Shown here piece by piece: positions 37,521 through 48,708 of a stretch of 64,000 bases of DNA. Source of the DNA: Takakia lepidozioides (taxonomy: Eukaryota > Plantae > Bryophyta); assembly GCA_030704615.1 (NCBI GenBank), contig CM060734.1, forward strand, positions 52,452,001-52,516,000, in the 5' to 3' direction. A program made the translations under genes and the position numbers. The notes under the pieces were generated by a model, which saw only the letters and a list, made by a program, of their open reading frames with translations, did not search any database and had not been told where the DNA came from. Each line of letters starts with the position of its first letter. Positions within the stretch are counted from its first letter, which is position 1.

Positions 37521-39178
37521 TTGCTTGACATGGGTCATTGGCTTGTGTATGGCTGAGCAACGGAGATTGCAAGCATTGGTGGCTACTTCCGCTCTCCCAT
37601 TGGATATTGCATCATCTCTGCCAACCGGGACGGTGGAGGCAGTGAGTGGGGGCGAGCACAAGATCATGGGGTGCAAACACCCATGGCAGATGTGGGATGA
37701 GATGCGCAAAGAGAGAGCCATTGGATCTCTCAAGCAGCAGTATGAGGAGTCGGGAGAGCCATACACTGAGGATCAGTTGGAGGCCAAGGTGGCTAAGGTT
37801 TTTGAAGAGGTTGAAGATGTTTCTTCCCCAGAGGATATTCTTAAGGTGGCTATGGCGGAGCAAGTGGAGGCTACGCCACAGTCAGGATGGGCGAACAAGG
37901 CCCAAGAGGTTGCTATCTAGCAACCAAAAGATGCGTCTCCTACCTCCAAGCCTGGTGTACCCAAGGTTGTAGTCACTGAGGACAATTGGGAACCAGATGT
38001 TGGACCTACAGTCACCGGAGGAGAGAGACGGAAGATTCGGCGATTTCTAAGGGCTTATAGAAATTGTTTTGCCTTTGGATTGAAGGATTTGGGGAGTTTG
38101 AAGGGTCAAGAGATTCGTATTGATTTGGCAAGTGACACGCCAATCTTTCGAAGGCCCTACCGGTATAGTAACATGGAGAGGTCATTGATCCAGTCACGGA
38201 CTATGGAGTTGTTCGAAGTTGGATTGGTGGAGTTGTCAGGCGGGGAGTATGCCTCGGCAACGGTGATGCCAGCTAAGAAGGATATCTATGGCAATTGGAC
38301 AGAAAGAAAGATGTGTGGGGACTATCGTCCTGTGAACCGTCAGACTAAGTCTGATAGATATGCCATGCCAACTCCAGAGGAGATCTTTGATGCCATTGGG
38401 CATGCAAAGGTGTTTAGCACATTGGACTTGCAATTCGGTTACCACCAGTTGCCAATCAAAGAGGCTGACAAGCAAAAGACGACATTCTAGGGGATTGACC
38501 AACATGTGAAGGATTGCTTGTACCAATGGCGGTTCCTACCGTTTGGGTTGAAGAATGCTCCTACAGAGTTTCAGAGGGTCATGGATATGATTCTTGCGGG
38601 GCTAGACTTCGCCCGGTGCTACATTGATGACATCATCATCTTTAGTGCTACGATTGAGGAGCACGAGAGACACCTTCAAATGGTGTTTGAGCGCTTGAGA
38701 GCGCACGGGTTGAAACTGCACCCCGGAAAGTGCAAGTTCTTCCATAATCAGATTGAGTATCTGGGCCACATGATATACCCTAGAGGATTGGGTGTTCAAC
38801 AGACAAAGGTGGAGGGCATTGCATGCATTCCACGCCCCATGGATGTGAGCAGAGTTCGTGCTTTCATGGGATTGACAAACTATTATCGACGGTTTGTCAA
38901 GGGATTTAGCAGCATTGCAAATGCTCTTACCAAGTTGACCAAGGTGAGTCAGGAGTGGCAGTGGGGGGAGGAGCAGGAGGAAGCATTTGAGGAACTCAAG
39001 GCTCGATTGACTTCTGCACCTATTCTGAGGCGCCCTATTCGGGGCGACCTTTCCAGCTACATACGGATTGGAGTATGCTGGGGATTGGAGCAGTGCTCAC
39101 GCATGTGGATGATGAGGGAAGATAGTTCGTAGTGGCATATGTCGAGTTCTTCGAGGAGCGGTAAAATCTTGGACTTGC

Positions 39179-39727
39179 TTAGAGTTGGAGAAAATCCAGA
39201 ATCCGGCGAATGATACATGCCAAGTATTCGGCTCTTCGTTCTTGACTCAAATGATTTATAGGTCCCTCCAACCATCGATAGTGTCCAACATCTTGAACTT
39301 GGGACCACGCAGTGATTTGAGCATTCTGATTTTTTAAGTTGCCTTCAAACATGATTTCGTTGCCCTCTGGGTCCGAAGCCTCAACCTCCAACAGAATTAT
39401 CAAACTTCGAGTAGGCTCCACTTGTCGTCGTACGAGGTCCAGACGAGGAAGTACGCGTCGCATTGGTGGCCCATTGTCTCGAGAGCGTCGGCGTGATGTT
39501 GAAGGTCGTGAGAGTCGGAACGGCTGATCTGGTAGCTGGGTAAGCGACAACTCCAATGTATCTGGTTCTTGTGACTCCATGCTGCCAATACAAGATGCAA
39601 GAGTGCTGGAAGTGTAGCTATATATACTGATGTGTGGTGCTCCTCCCTCCTTAGCGTGTATCAGGTACATTGAATGTGGAGTCTTCTCCTTGAAGCTAGC
39701 TTGGCTGACATCATTGTGACGTCTCAT
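39179..39727 (-). CDS. Uncharacterised extra ORF downstream of chromovirus pol
   Basis: 182-aa open frame starting just after the chromodomain stop, same strand; no motif recognised. Confidence 0.35.
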   Translation of the reverse strand: MRRHNDVSQASFKEKTPHSMYLIHAKEGGAPHISIYSYTSSTLASCIGSMESQEPDTLELSLTQLPDQPFRLSRPSTSRRRSRDNGPPMRRVLPRLDLVRRQVEPTRSLIILLEVEASDPEGNEIMFEGNLKNQNAQITAWSQVQDVGHYRWLEGPINHLSQERRAEYLACIIRRILDFLQL

Positions 39728-42700
39728 TGACGTGTAGCTCAGGGCTTAGGTGGATATCGTTGATGAAACGCTTGGACTTTGTCAGAGGCATTGACGAGGT
39801 TGGATGAAGGTTCCTACGTTCGTTCGTTGATGTCGTAGCCTTTCCAATGTACAAAATACTCAAGTCGTTTATACTTGATGCGAGAGTCTAGGACTTCTTC
39901 GACTTCATACTCAATTTTCTGATTGACTTCAATTGGTGGAGGTGGTACGGAAACTCTCCCTGGAATATTCGATGGATGATACAACTCCAATAGTGAAACA
40001 TGAAAGACTGGATGGATGCGCATACTTCGTGGGAGTTCAAGCCGAAAACTGACCGGATTTATTTGTCGAATAATTTTGAATGGTCCCAGGCGTTGATAAT
40101 CCAACTTCTTTAATGGTCGCGAGGTTTGTATGTCTCGTCGAAGAAGCCACACACGATCTCCGACCTTGAACTGGGGTTGGAGTTGGCGACGTTGATCTGC
40201 ATACTCCTTGTATTGTTTTTGAGCTTCTGCGAGGTGGGATGTAAGCTCCTTCTGAATGGTAACAAGATGAGTAGCAAGGTTTTCTACAGCAGGGCTTCCA
40301 ACAGTTTTCATGTGGAAAGGGTTTGCTCGAGGATGATGACCATAATTGGAGAAAAATGGAGTTTGCTTGGTCGAAGAATGTATAGTGTTGTTGTAGGCAA
40401 ACTCAGCCAATGACAGAAGGTCCGTCCAATTATCTTGGTGATAATTTATCGTACAGCGAAGATACTATTCCAAAATCTGGTTTACACGTGCGGTTTGACC
40501 ATCAGTCTGTGGATGATTAGCCGTAGAGAGGTTGATCTTAGTATCCAATATGTGAAATAATCCTCTCCAGAAATTTGATATGAATTGTGGTCCTCGATCA
40601 GATACGATGTCCTTTGGGAGTCCATGAATGCGGTAGATATTATTGAGGAAGAGTCTTGCAGTTTCCTCGCCGGTAACCATCTTATTACATGGAATGAAAT
40701 GTGTCATCTTCGTAAAACGATCTACAATAACAATGATTGAATCGGTGGTCTTGGAAATTGGAAGGTTCGTAATAAAGTCCATAGACACGGACGACCATGG
40801 ACCCTTGGGAATGGGTAATGGTTGAAAAAGGCCATAAAGTTGATGTCGTGGTCCCTTCGCTCTAGCACACGTGTCGCAAGATTTTATAAATTCTTTCACG
40901 AGTTTCCACATCTGCGGCCACCAATAGTCCCTGGATATCAACTCCAATGTTTTGTTGAAGTCGAAATGTCCTGCAGCCGGAAAATCATGACATGTTTGAA
41001 GAATTCGAAGTCGTATAGGTCCTGGAGGTACATAGAGAAGTCCCTTGAAGTAAAGTAAGCCAGCTTTGAATTCGAAGTCGTTTGTAACATGTGGGTTGTC
41101 TCGAGGTTGATTTAGTTGACTTCGTAGTGTCGTAGCAAAATGGTCGCTCTTCAATGCTTCCTGAATCTCCTTTATGATCTCTACATCGTCATAGGTGGAC
41201 ATGGACAGCATATTCAATTGGAGATTTGCTGGTTTCAGGATGATGGATTTTTGTTGGTCAAAAGCTGCATCCCCATCTTTTGGCGCAAGATACGATCGTC
41301 GAGAAAGAGCATCTCGTTTTCCTTGAAGATGTCCGGGACAGTAGGTAATAACAAAATCAAACCTTGCTAGTGACATACTCCATCTCGCTTGACGTCGATT
41401 CAAAACACGAGCACTCATAAAATATTCGAGGTTTTTGTGATCGGTATAGATAATGACCTGATGTTTAGCTCCCTCCAATAAATGTCGTCACTCTTCAAAA
41501 GCAATGATAATCGCTAGAAGTTCTTTGTCATGGATTTCATAATTGATCTCCGCAGCAGAAAATTTGCGAGAACGAAAACCAACAGGGTGGAGTCGGCCAT
41601 CTGTACTGTATTGAGAGAGTACCGCGCCAAGTGCAAAGTCCGATGCATCTGCTTCTAAGAAGAATGGTTTAGATGGGTCTGCATGTACCAGTATGGGAGC
41701 CATTGTAAATGTCTGCTTCAACCTTTCAAATGTCTGGTCAGCCTTCTCGTCCCATACAAATTTGTCATTCCCTGTGAGTCGTGTCAATGGTGCAGCAATT
41801 TTGGAGTAGTCATTGATGAAGATTCTATAGAAATTTGCAAAGCCCAAAAAACATTGTACATCTTGGACCGAAGTTGGTTTAATCCACTCGATGATGGTTT
41901 GTATTTTTTTCTGATCCATAAAGACGCATTTGTCGGAAATAATGTAGCCCAGAAATTTGACCTCAGATTGATGGAAAAGACATTTCTCCAACTTGACATA
42001 TAGTTTTTTTTCTCTTAGTTTATCAAGGACAAGGCGTACATGGCGGCCATGTTCTTCTTCATTCTATGAAAATATCAAAATGTCGTCCAAATAGATGACT
42101 ACAAAGTCATCTAAAAATTCTCGAAAGATGTCATTCATCATATATTGGAAAATTGCTGGAGCATTTGTAAGACCGAAAGGCATAACACTGTATTCAAAAT
42201 GTCCATACCTTGTTCGAAAAGCTGTTTTCCATTCGTCTCATTCTTTTATCCGTACAAGGTTATAAGCTCATCTCAAGTCGATTTTAGTGAAAATCTTTGC
42301 TCGTCCCAGCTGGTCGAGAAGCCCATCAATCAGCGGCAACGGATAACGATTCTTGATTGTGACTTTGTTGAGACCGCAATAGTCGACACACATGCGTAAT
42401 GATCCGTCATTCTTTTTCACAAACAAGATAGGCGCCCCTGCGGGTGATTTTGAATATCGGATGAAGTGCTTCGACAAATTTTCATCAATGTATTCACGTA
42501 ATGCAGCCAATTCCGTCTGGGATAAGTTATAGATTGGGCCGAATGGTGGTTGGGCTCCTTCTTGTAACTTAATTGCACAGTCATAAGGTCGATGTTCTGG
42601 CAATATGTCTGCATTTTTCTTCTCGAATACATCTTTGAAATCTTGATATTGAGCGGATAATGTTGAAGTACCTTTGTCTGTTGTGGTCTTGATCGGAGTC

Positions 42701-44291
42701 GCATAAAGTGCAAATGTCGCCTCTTTTTTGGTAGCTCTCATAAAAGCTCTAGCTCCAAGGAATAGGGGTTGAATACCTTTGATATTTCTACATTTTTGTC
42801 TTGAAGAAATTTTTCGCGATCGCCAGTTGATGTCGGGATTGTGAAGTACGAACCAGGGAAGTCAAAGGATCACAGGATTTGTTGGAGACTGGATGACATT
42901 GAAAACAATATGTGATGCTTGATTTTTAAGCTTCACTTCAAGTGGTCGAGTTTCATGGTCCACATTTCCTGATGCTAATGGTCGTCCATCGATGACTTCA
43001 ACGGGGGCCGAAAGTTTTTTCTTTACGAGCGTTAAATTGTTTTGCTTCGCAAAGTTTTTGTCCATAAAACAAGCTGAAGCTCCTTAGTCCAAAAGTGCTT
43101 CTATAGTGATATCTCGATTTTGCACTCTGATTTTTACCGGAACTGTGAAGCAAGGTGCAGGGTCTGGAGGTAGAAAGAGACATTTTTTCGGTAAAGAATT
43201 TGTGGTGTCCAGCCGCATGGTCCCTACTGTGACTGGACATCTTTGTTTTCCGACCTCCTCGTATCGAACACTTGAGTTGTGCCCCGAGCTTTGAATCTTC
43301 TCTTGTTGGGGCAGTTTAATGCTATGTGATCTTCTTCTCCGCAATAGAGGCATAATCCATTCAAGTGCCGTTTTTGTTTTTCTTGTGGCGTCAATTGCTT
43401 GAATCAGACAACATGAATCTGCATAGGATCACCACTGGATGTCTGATGGATTGTTGTGTTTGGTGTCGTAGTAGCAGTGACATGATGCGTTGTAGACTAT
43501 CCAGATCGTTTCTCTTGACGTCTTTCGAACAAACGATTATCGCATGCAATGACTTGGGTGATGAATTCACTCAGTGTGCTCATGTTTGGCATTGTCAGCA
43601 ACAAATATTTTACATCATCTTTTAGTCCACATCGAAACTGACTAATGATGCTCTTCTCATTCCAGTCGAGGTCGCACGCAAGTTGTCGAAATTCGGCAGC
43701 ATAAACGGAAGCAGGACGTGCTCCTTGTCGAAGATTTCGCATATTTGTTTCTGCAACTCTCTCTCTATCATTTTCTCCAAACTTTGCAGTGAACTCGGAC
43801 ATGAATGCTTCAAAATTGTATAATAAATACGAATTTTTTTCTAATAGCGGTGCAAACCAAGATAGGGCAGTGCCTGACAGAAGGGTGCCCACGAATCCCA
43901 CTTGAATACCTTCATCGGGATAGCGTTGTGGATGTAGTCGTGGGAACAGTCGTACTTGTTGAACAAAACCGCGAAATCTTGATCTCGTCCCATCAAATTT
44001 CTCGGGCATGCTAATCTTTGGTTCTCTCGTAATCTGTTGAAGAGGAACCGTTGCAGTAGGAGCTGTTGTAGTATGGACTCGTATGGTTGAAGATCCATTG
44101 TTCGACTTCTTTAACTCTGAAATTTGTTGTTGCAAATTGTTGAGAGCGTTGCGACTGATCAGCTTGCAATTGGGCGGTAGATGTACGAAGTTGTTGCATC
44201 TGGAGCTAAAGACTCTGCAATGTGGTCACTATTTCCGCAAATGTGTCTTCTATCTTAACTAACTAAAGAACAAACTTTAGTCTCGCCAAAC

Positions 44292-44940
44292 TGTCAAGGA
44301 CGAGAACACGACAAAACACAAACAAAAGATCAGACTAGAGGTACAAGACTAGACAAGAAATCAAGGTCGGCGTGGCCAAATGTATGGTAGGTGAACATGA
44401 ATCAAGATGATCTTTATAACAATGGACAAGAGTATAAGATACTGGAACTCGACTCGGATACTGGAATGCTGGAAACTGGACTGGAATACCAGATACTGGA
44501 AACTGGACTGGATACTGGAAGCTGGATTGGAGTACTGGTCTTGGAACAAGAGTAGCTTGAACTTGTGTTGGCGAGACTGAAGAGTGTCCAGTCTTGTCTC
44601 CTATATATACTGGCTACTAAGAAGCTTCCCTAAGAAGCTTCTCCTATGGAGGTTGCTTGCTGGAGAAGTTTCCAAGATTAAACAAAGGTTTCTTGATGGA
44701 GAAGCTTTCTTAAACAAATGAGGTATCTTGATGGAGAAGTTTCCTCCAAAGGAAGTTTCCTGAGCAGTTTCCCAAGTTACTCTTGGTAATTTGGTAAACT
44801 TCCGGTAACTTGGTAAGTAATGGTAAATCATGGTATATCATGGTAAATCACGGTAAATCATGGTAACTTCCGGTAACATGATAACTTGGTAACTTCTGGT
44901 ATTTACTCCTGGTAAGTTCCTCTGGGCTATGTCCGTGATA
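44292..44940 (-). repeat. 5' LTR of the chromovirus with TATA box and self-primer
   Basis: Ends TGACA at 44292 on the minus strand; starts TATCA (inferred mutated TGTCA) at 44940; TATATATAG at about 44601-44609; 10-bp GGTAAATCAT repeats. Confidence 0.8.
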
Positions 44941-46167
44941 CATTTTGGGGTGCGGCGCACTCATAGTTTGCTGCAAGGGCAGTATTGGTGGCAGGGCATG
45001 CACACGGATGTGCAACAGTTAGTGGCACGGTGCATGGTGTGTGATAGAGTGCGGGTTTTTTTCAACGCCCCTACTCCACAATTGCATCCTTTACCCATTA
45101 TGGGTTTGGGCTATCGTTGGAGTCTTGACTTCGCAGGCCCATTGCCATTGACGATTCGCCATAACAAGCATGTGCCGGTGATGGTGGAACACTTCTCCAA
45201 ATGGATTGAACTGGTGGCATTGCCTGACAAGGCAAGTGAGGGGGCTGCGTATGCATTCTTAGATCGAGTGCTTAGTCATTTTGGTGCTCCAGCCGAGGTA
45301 CTCACGGACCAGGGGAGAGAGTTCTTGGGGGAGTTTCAGACTTTGTGTCAGCAAGCCTTGATAGATCACCGCACTACTTCTCGGGATCATCCCAAGGCTG
45401 ATGGCTTGGCCGAGAGGGTTGTGCAAACAGTCAAACGAGGCTTGTGCAAGTATGGCTTGCAGAAGGGACACTTGGGAGATTGGGACCTTCAGCTACCTTG
45501 GTTGGCCATGGGCTACAGGTTTCGCAAGCAAGCATCACTTGCCTCGTTCTCGCCTTATTTCCTTCTCTTTGGCCGAGAGCCAAATTTGCCTGTATCTATT
45601 CGCAGGGAGACTGCATTAATCCTCAACCTTGATGATCCGGATGTGTGGACACAAGCATGTGCCCAGCGGGCAGAATTGTTCAAGAGAGTCATGTCTATGG
45701 CTTTTGAGAACCTTGCTATTGCCCAACACCGAGACACATTGCGGTACACCACTATATGTGGAGGGGGATATCGGCCAGGTGTTCGGCGTTTCCATCCTGG
45801 GGACTAGATGTATCTGCAGCAGACAGTGCCTACGACCTTGGATGTCACAACAGGTCATGTGATTTTAAGGGTCCAGGAGGTGTTGCCTTCAGGAGTGTTG
45901 ATTTTGGAGGGTCGAGATGGCATAGTATGGAAGGACCATGTGCGCAATTGTGCACCATGTCACCTTCCACATGTGGATGGGAGAATAGATCCCAACCTTG
46001 CAGTGGTACCTGCAGGGTTGCGTTGCATGCTATGTGGGCATGCTGGTGGTGCCGCGACCATGTTGGTGTGTGACAAATGCTCAAGGGGGTGGCACATGGG
46101 ATGCTTGACACCGCTGCTTGAGGAGGTTCCTAATGAAGAATGGTTGTGTCCACGATGCCTTGGATAA
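44941..46167 (+). pseudogene. Integrase with C-terminal PHD finger (copy B)
   Basis: HFG...CMVC, SLDFAG, TDQG, GLAER; C4HC3 finger CMLC...CDKC...WHMGC...WLCPRC at 46024-46158. Confidence 0.92.
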
Positions 46168-46474
46168 GTTAGTGGGGCATGACAGTGGTGAGGTTGACAA
46201 GTGATCCGAGGTCTAGCTAACGGGAGTTCAATGCCATAGACACCCAATTGAAGTCATGGATTGCTGGAAGGCGAGTAACGATGGGGCTACTTTTGCACCC
46301 GACCTCTTGATCTATTGCCTTCAGATACTAGGACTTAGGCAATTGATGACCACGCGATGATCTTATTGGGATGGATACTTGTTAGCTATCCGGTGTTAGA
46401 GGGACCTAATCACCAGCTAGGGGGGCGATTGTGGTATAGTTTTCTAGGATTGTGTGCTTAGATTATGTGGTGGA

Positions 46475-47360
46475 CAGCACATCAAAAAATCATAAGATGG
46501 ACATCATTCATTGCCAGCCAGAGACCTTACGACGACCTGTCACCTCTCATATTCCTGATCTTGTTCTCACGTTCAAGACCTTCTTTGCTCATCGTCCGAA
46601 TTAGACTACATAGGAAGCAGGAGCTCATCCGCTTTGCCTTCGAGCAATTAATGGCCATTCGAAGGAAGGTCATCTAAGTACTCACATATTGCCTCAGCGT
46701 AGATTTTATAATTTTGTGTGTATTATTGCTCTCTAACTGTGATTTTTTTTGTTTGTCTGTTTGCAGTGGTATTCTTGTCAAAGGCTGGGATTGAAGACCA
46801 TTGCCAAGATGATAAAAGTCATGGCTCTGGGTGTTGGTTTGGCCACCACAGGAGTAAGCAATAAATCATTGCGTGTTAATGCGATTAACAAGTGCAACAA
46901 AATGGGGGTACCGATAGAGATTGGCATGCGGTTGTCTGGACACAAATCCCGAGAGGTATACATGCGCTATGACAAACATTTATGATGGTGCATTACAAAA
47001 CATTGTATCCTGCATACCAGGTACCGGAGGAGATATATCTTGGCAAGCTGCTTTGCAGTATGGGACTGAGAGAACAAGTCGAGCTGAACAGGTTTCTTCT
47101 GTGAGTGTAGTTCCTGGAACTTCAAGTTCTATTGTTGGACCTGATTTGATCGTACATGTTTCTCCGTCTAATCTTGAGAGAACAAATTGAGGTGAACAAG
47201 TTTCTTCTATCAGTCTAGTTCCTGGAAATTCAAGTTCCGTTGTTGGACCTGATTCGATCGTACATGTTTCTCCATCTCCTAATATCAATGTTCCAGATAG
47301 TTCCTCTTTGAAAGTGAAGGAGATTGATTCAGATGCAGAGGATAACGCCGAGGGGTGAGC
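46475..47360 (+). mobile_element. Crypton/DUF3504-like tyrosine recombinase pseudogene fragment with an intron (about 46678-46766)
   Basis: TSKNH...LTFKTFFAHRP...PLCLR, GT..AG, WYSCQRLGLKTIAKMIKVMA...SNKSLR...GVP...SGHKS...YMRY; 108-bp direct duplication at 47068/47176. Confidence 0.72.
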
Positions 47361-48526
47361 GATAATATGAAGAGAAAAACCATATATACTAGTAATACTA
47401 GTATCCATGGCCATCAGTTTACTAATTGCACTATCATATCATTTGACAAAGATAGTGTAGCTGAGTTCGAAGAACAAACATGATAAGTAGGTACAAGTGA
47501 CATCCTTTGAGACCCTTGAACTTTGTTGGGAGAGATACTGATCAACATTCTTTTGATTGAAATTTTGTATGTTGCACAACAATTTACTTCAAGTTTTGCT
47601 ATTATGAAGCAATTTGATCTTTTTATATCTTGAGCTCTATGGTATCTGCATATGTCACCAGATTATTCATGACAATGATCTCTTCATTGTACACAATCAG
47701 TCCAGGGGAATGCTAAGCCTCGCAGTTGGAGATGCTGATTGTCCATACAGAGGCATTTTATCTACAATCAACAGTGACCTCTGGCCATGGTTTCTGCACT
47801 TAAGATCAGTCATTTACTCTTCATTCTTTCTCTGAGCTCTAGTGTGCGTAAGCCCTTGACTTCAGGAATGATTAAGGCGGTCATGGCTGCCAGGCTATGG
47901 AAAGCAGAGTCTCATGAGTACATTCCTAGGAATACTCTTGAAAACTTCAATTTCTATGACATATTCTTTGCTGACTCTTAGTTTAAAGAACAGCGCATTA
48001 CGAAGCATAATCGGCACTCACCGGCGCATTATGGACCGTTATGTGCAGTCTGACGTGGACATAGGAAAATAAGCAGAATTTAATGAATATTATTAGTCCA
48101 AAAAATGATGTAATATGCCCCCAAAATCCCTAACGTTCCCTGAAACGGAATGTGTTCTTGAGCTACATGCACGTGGTGGAAGGCCACATCCTGCCAGCTC
48201 CCCCGAGAGGTGTCGTCAAAATACAAAGGGTGAAACACCAAAGGGCGTTACGTTCGTTTTGATAGTCAAACCCTTTATTAAGGATGCATTGACATTACAT
48301 CATGTGCCATGTCATCCTTGTGACCTAATCATATTGTTGCCTAATAAAAAATTCAAAATATTACAATAGTTAAAATTCGATTTGATTTTCAAGGTTTTCA
48401 CGTGGTCTTGTGTAGAGACTCTGTTTTTATAATAATAATAATAAAACTAATTACTATAGAGGTAACTAATATAAAGTGTTCATTGCATGTAGTGACCATT
48501 TGGTCTTTCCACTGCCCAACAACTGC

Positions 48527-48597
48527 TAAACCCTGAACCTCTAAACTCTAAACCTTAAACCCTGAACCCCCCTCTCTCTCTCGCTCTCTCTCTCTCC
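48527..48597 (+). promoter_or_regulatory. Telobox-like repeats plus (CT)n tract upstream of URB1
   Basis: TAAACCCTGAACCTCTAAACTCTAAACCTTAAACCCTGAAC followed by CT repeats, 110-180 bp before the ATG. Confidence 0.5.
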
Positions 48598-48708
48598 TAG
48601 GAGTAGGAGGAGTACCATGAAGCAAATTGCAGCTGGCTGCGGATTTCTCGTATAGGGTGGTCATTCTTGGATGGGCTAAATTGGGAGCATACTCCATAGT
48701 GGGATCTG

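Larger units (their letters stand above)
39143..44940 (-). mobile_element. Nested chromovirus (Tf1/Tcn1-like Ty3/gypsy), 3' LTR lost
   Basis: Gag PEKFDGTR, protease LLD*GA, RT YLDD, RNase H EADASDFALG, integrase SMDFIT/SDRG, chromodomain YEVEEVLDSR...YFVHWKGY. Confidence 0.93.
30772..46470 (+). mobile_element. Ty3/gypsy copy B of the same DNMT-carrying family (LTR, gag, PR, C5-MTase, RT, RH, nested chromovirus, INT-PHD, PPT, LTR stub)
   Basis: Collinear with copy A (FIQEFDSWCDLQQMRNPQLF, VLLDSGAQ, GWPCQ, CYIDDII); gag, PR, late MTase and RT pieces share one frame broken by stops; PPT AGGGGGGCG near 46419 followed by TG at 46430. Confidence 0.93.
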
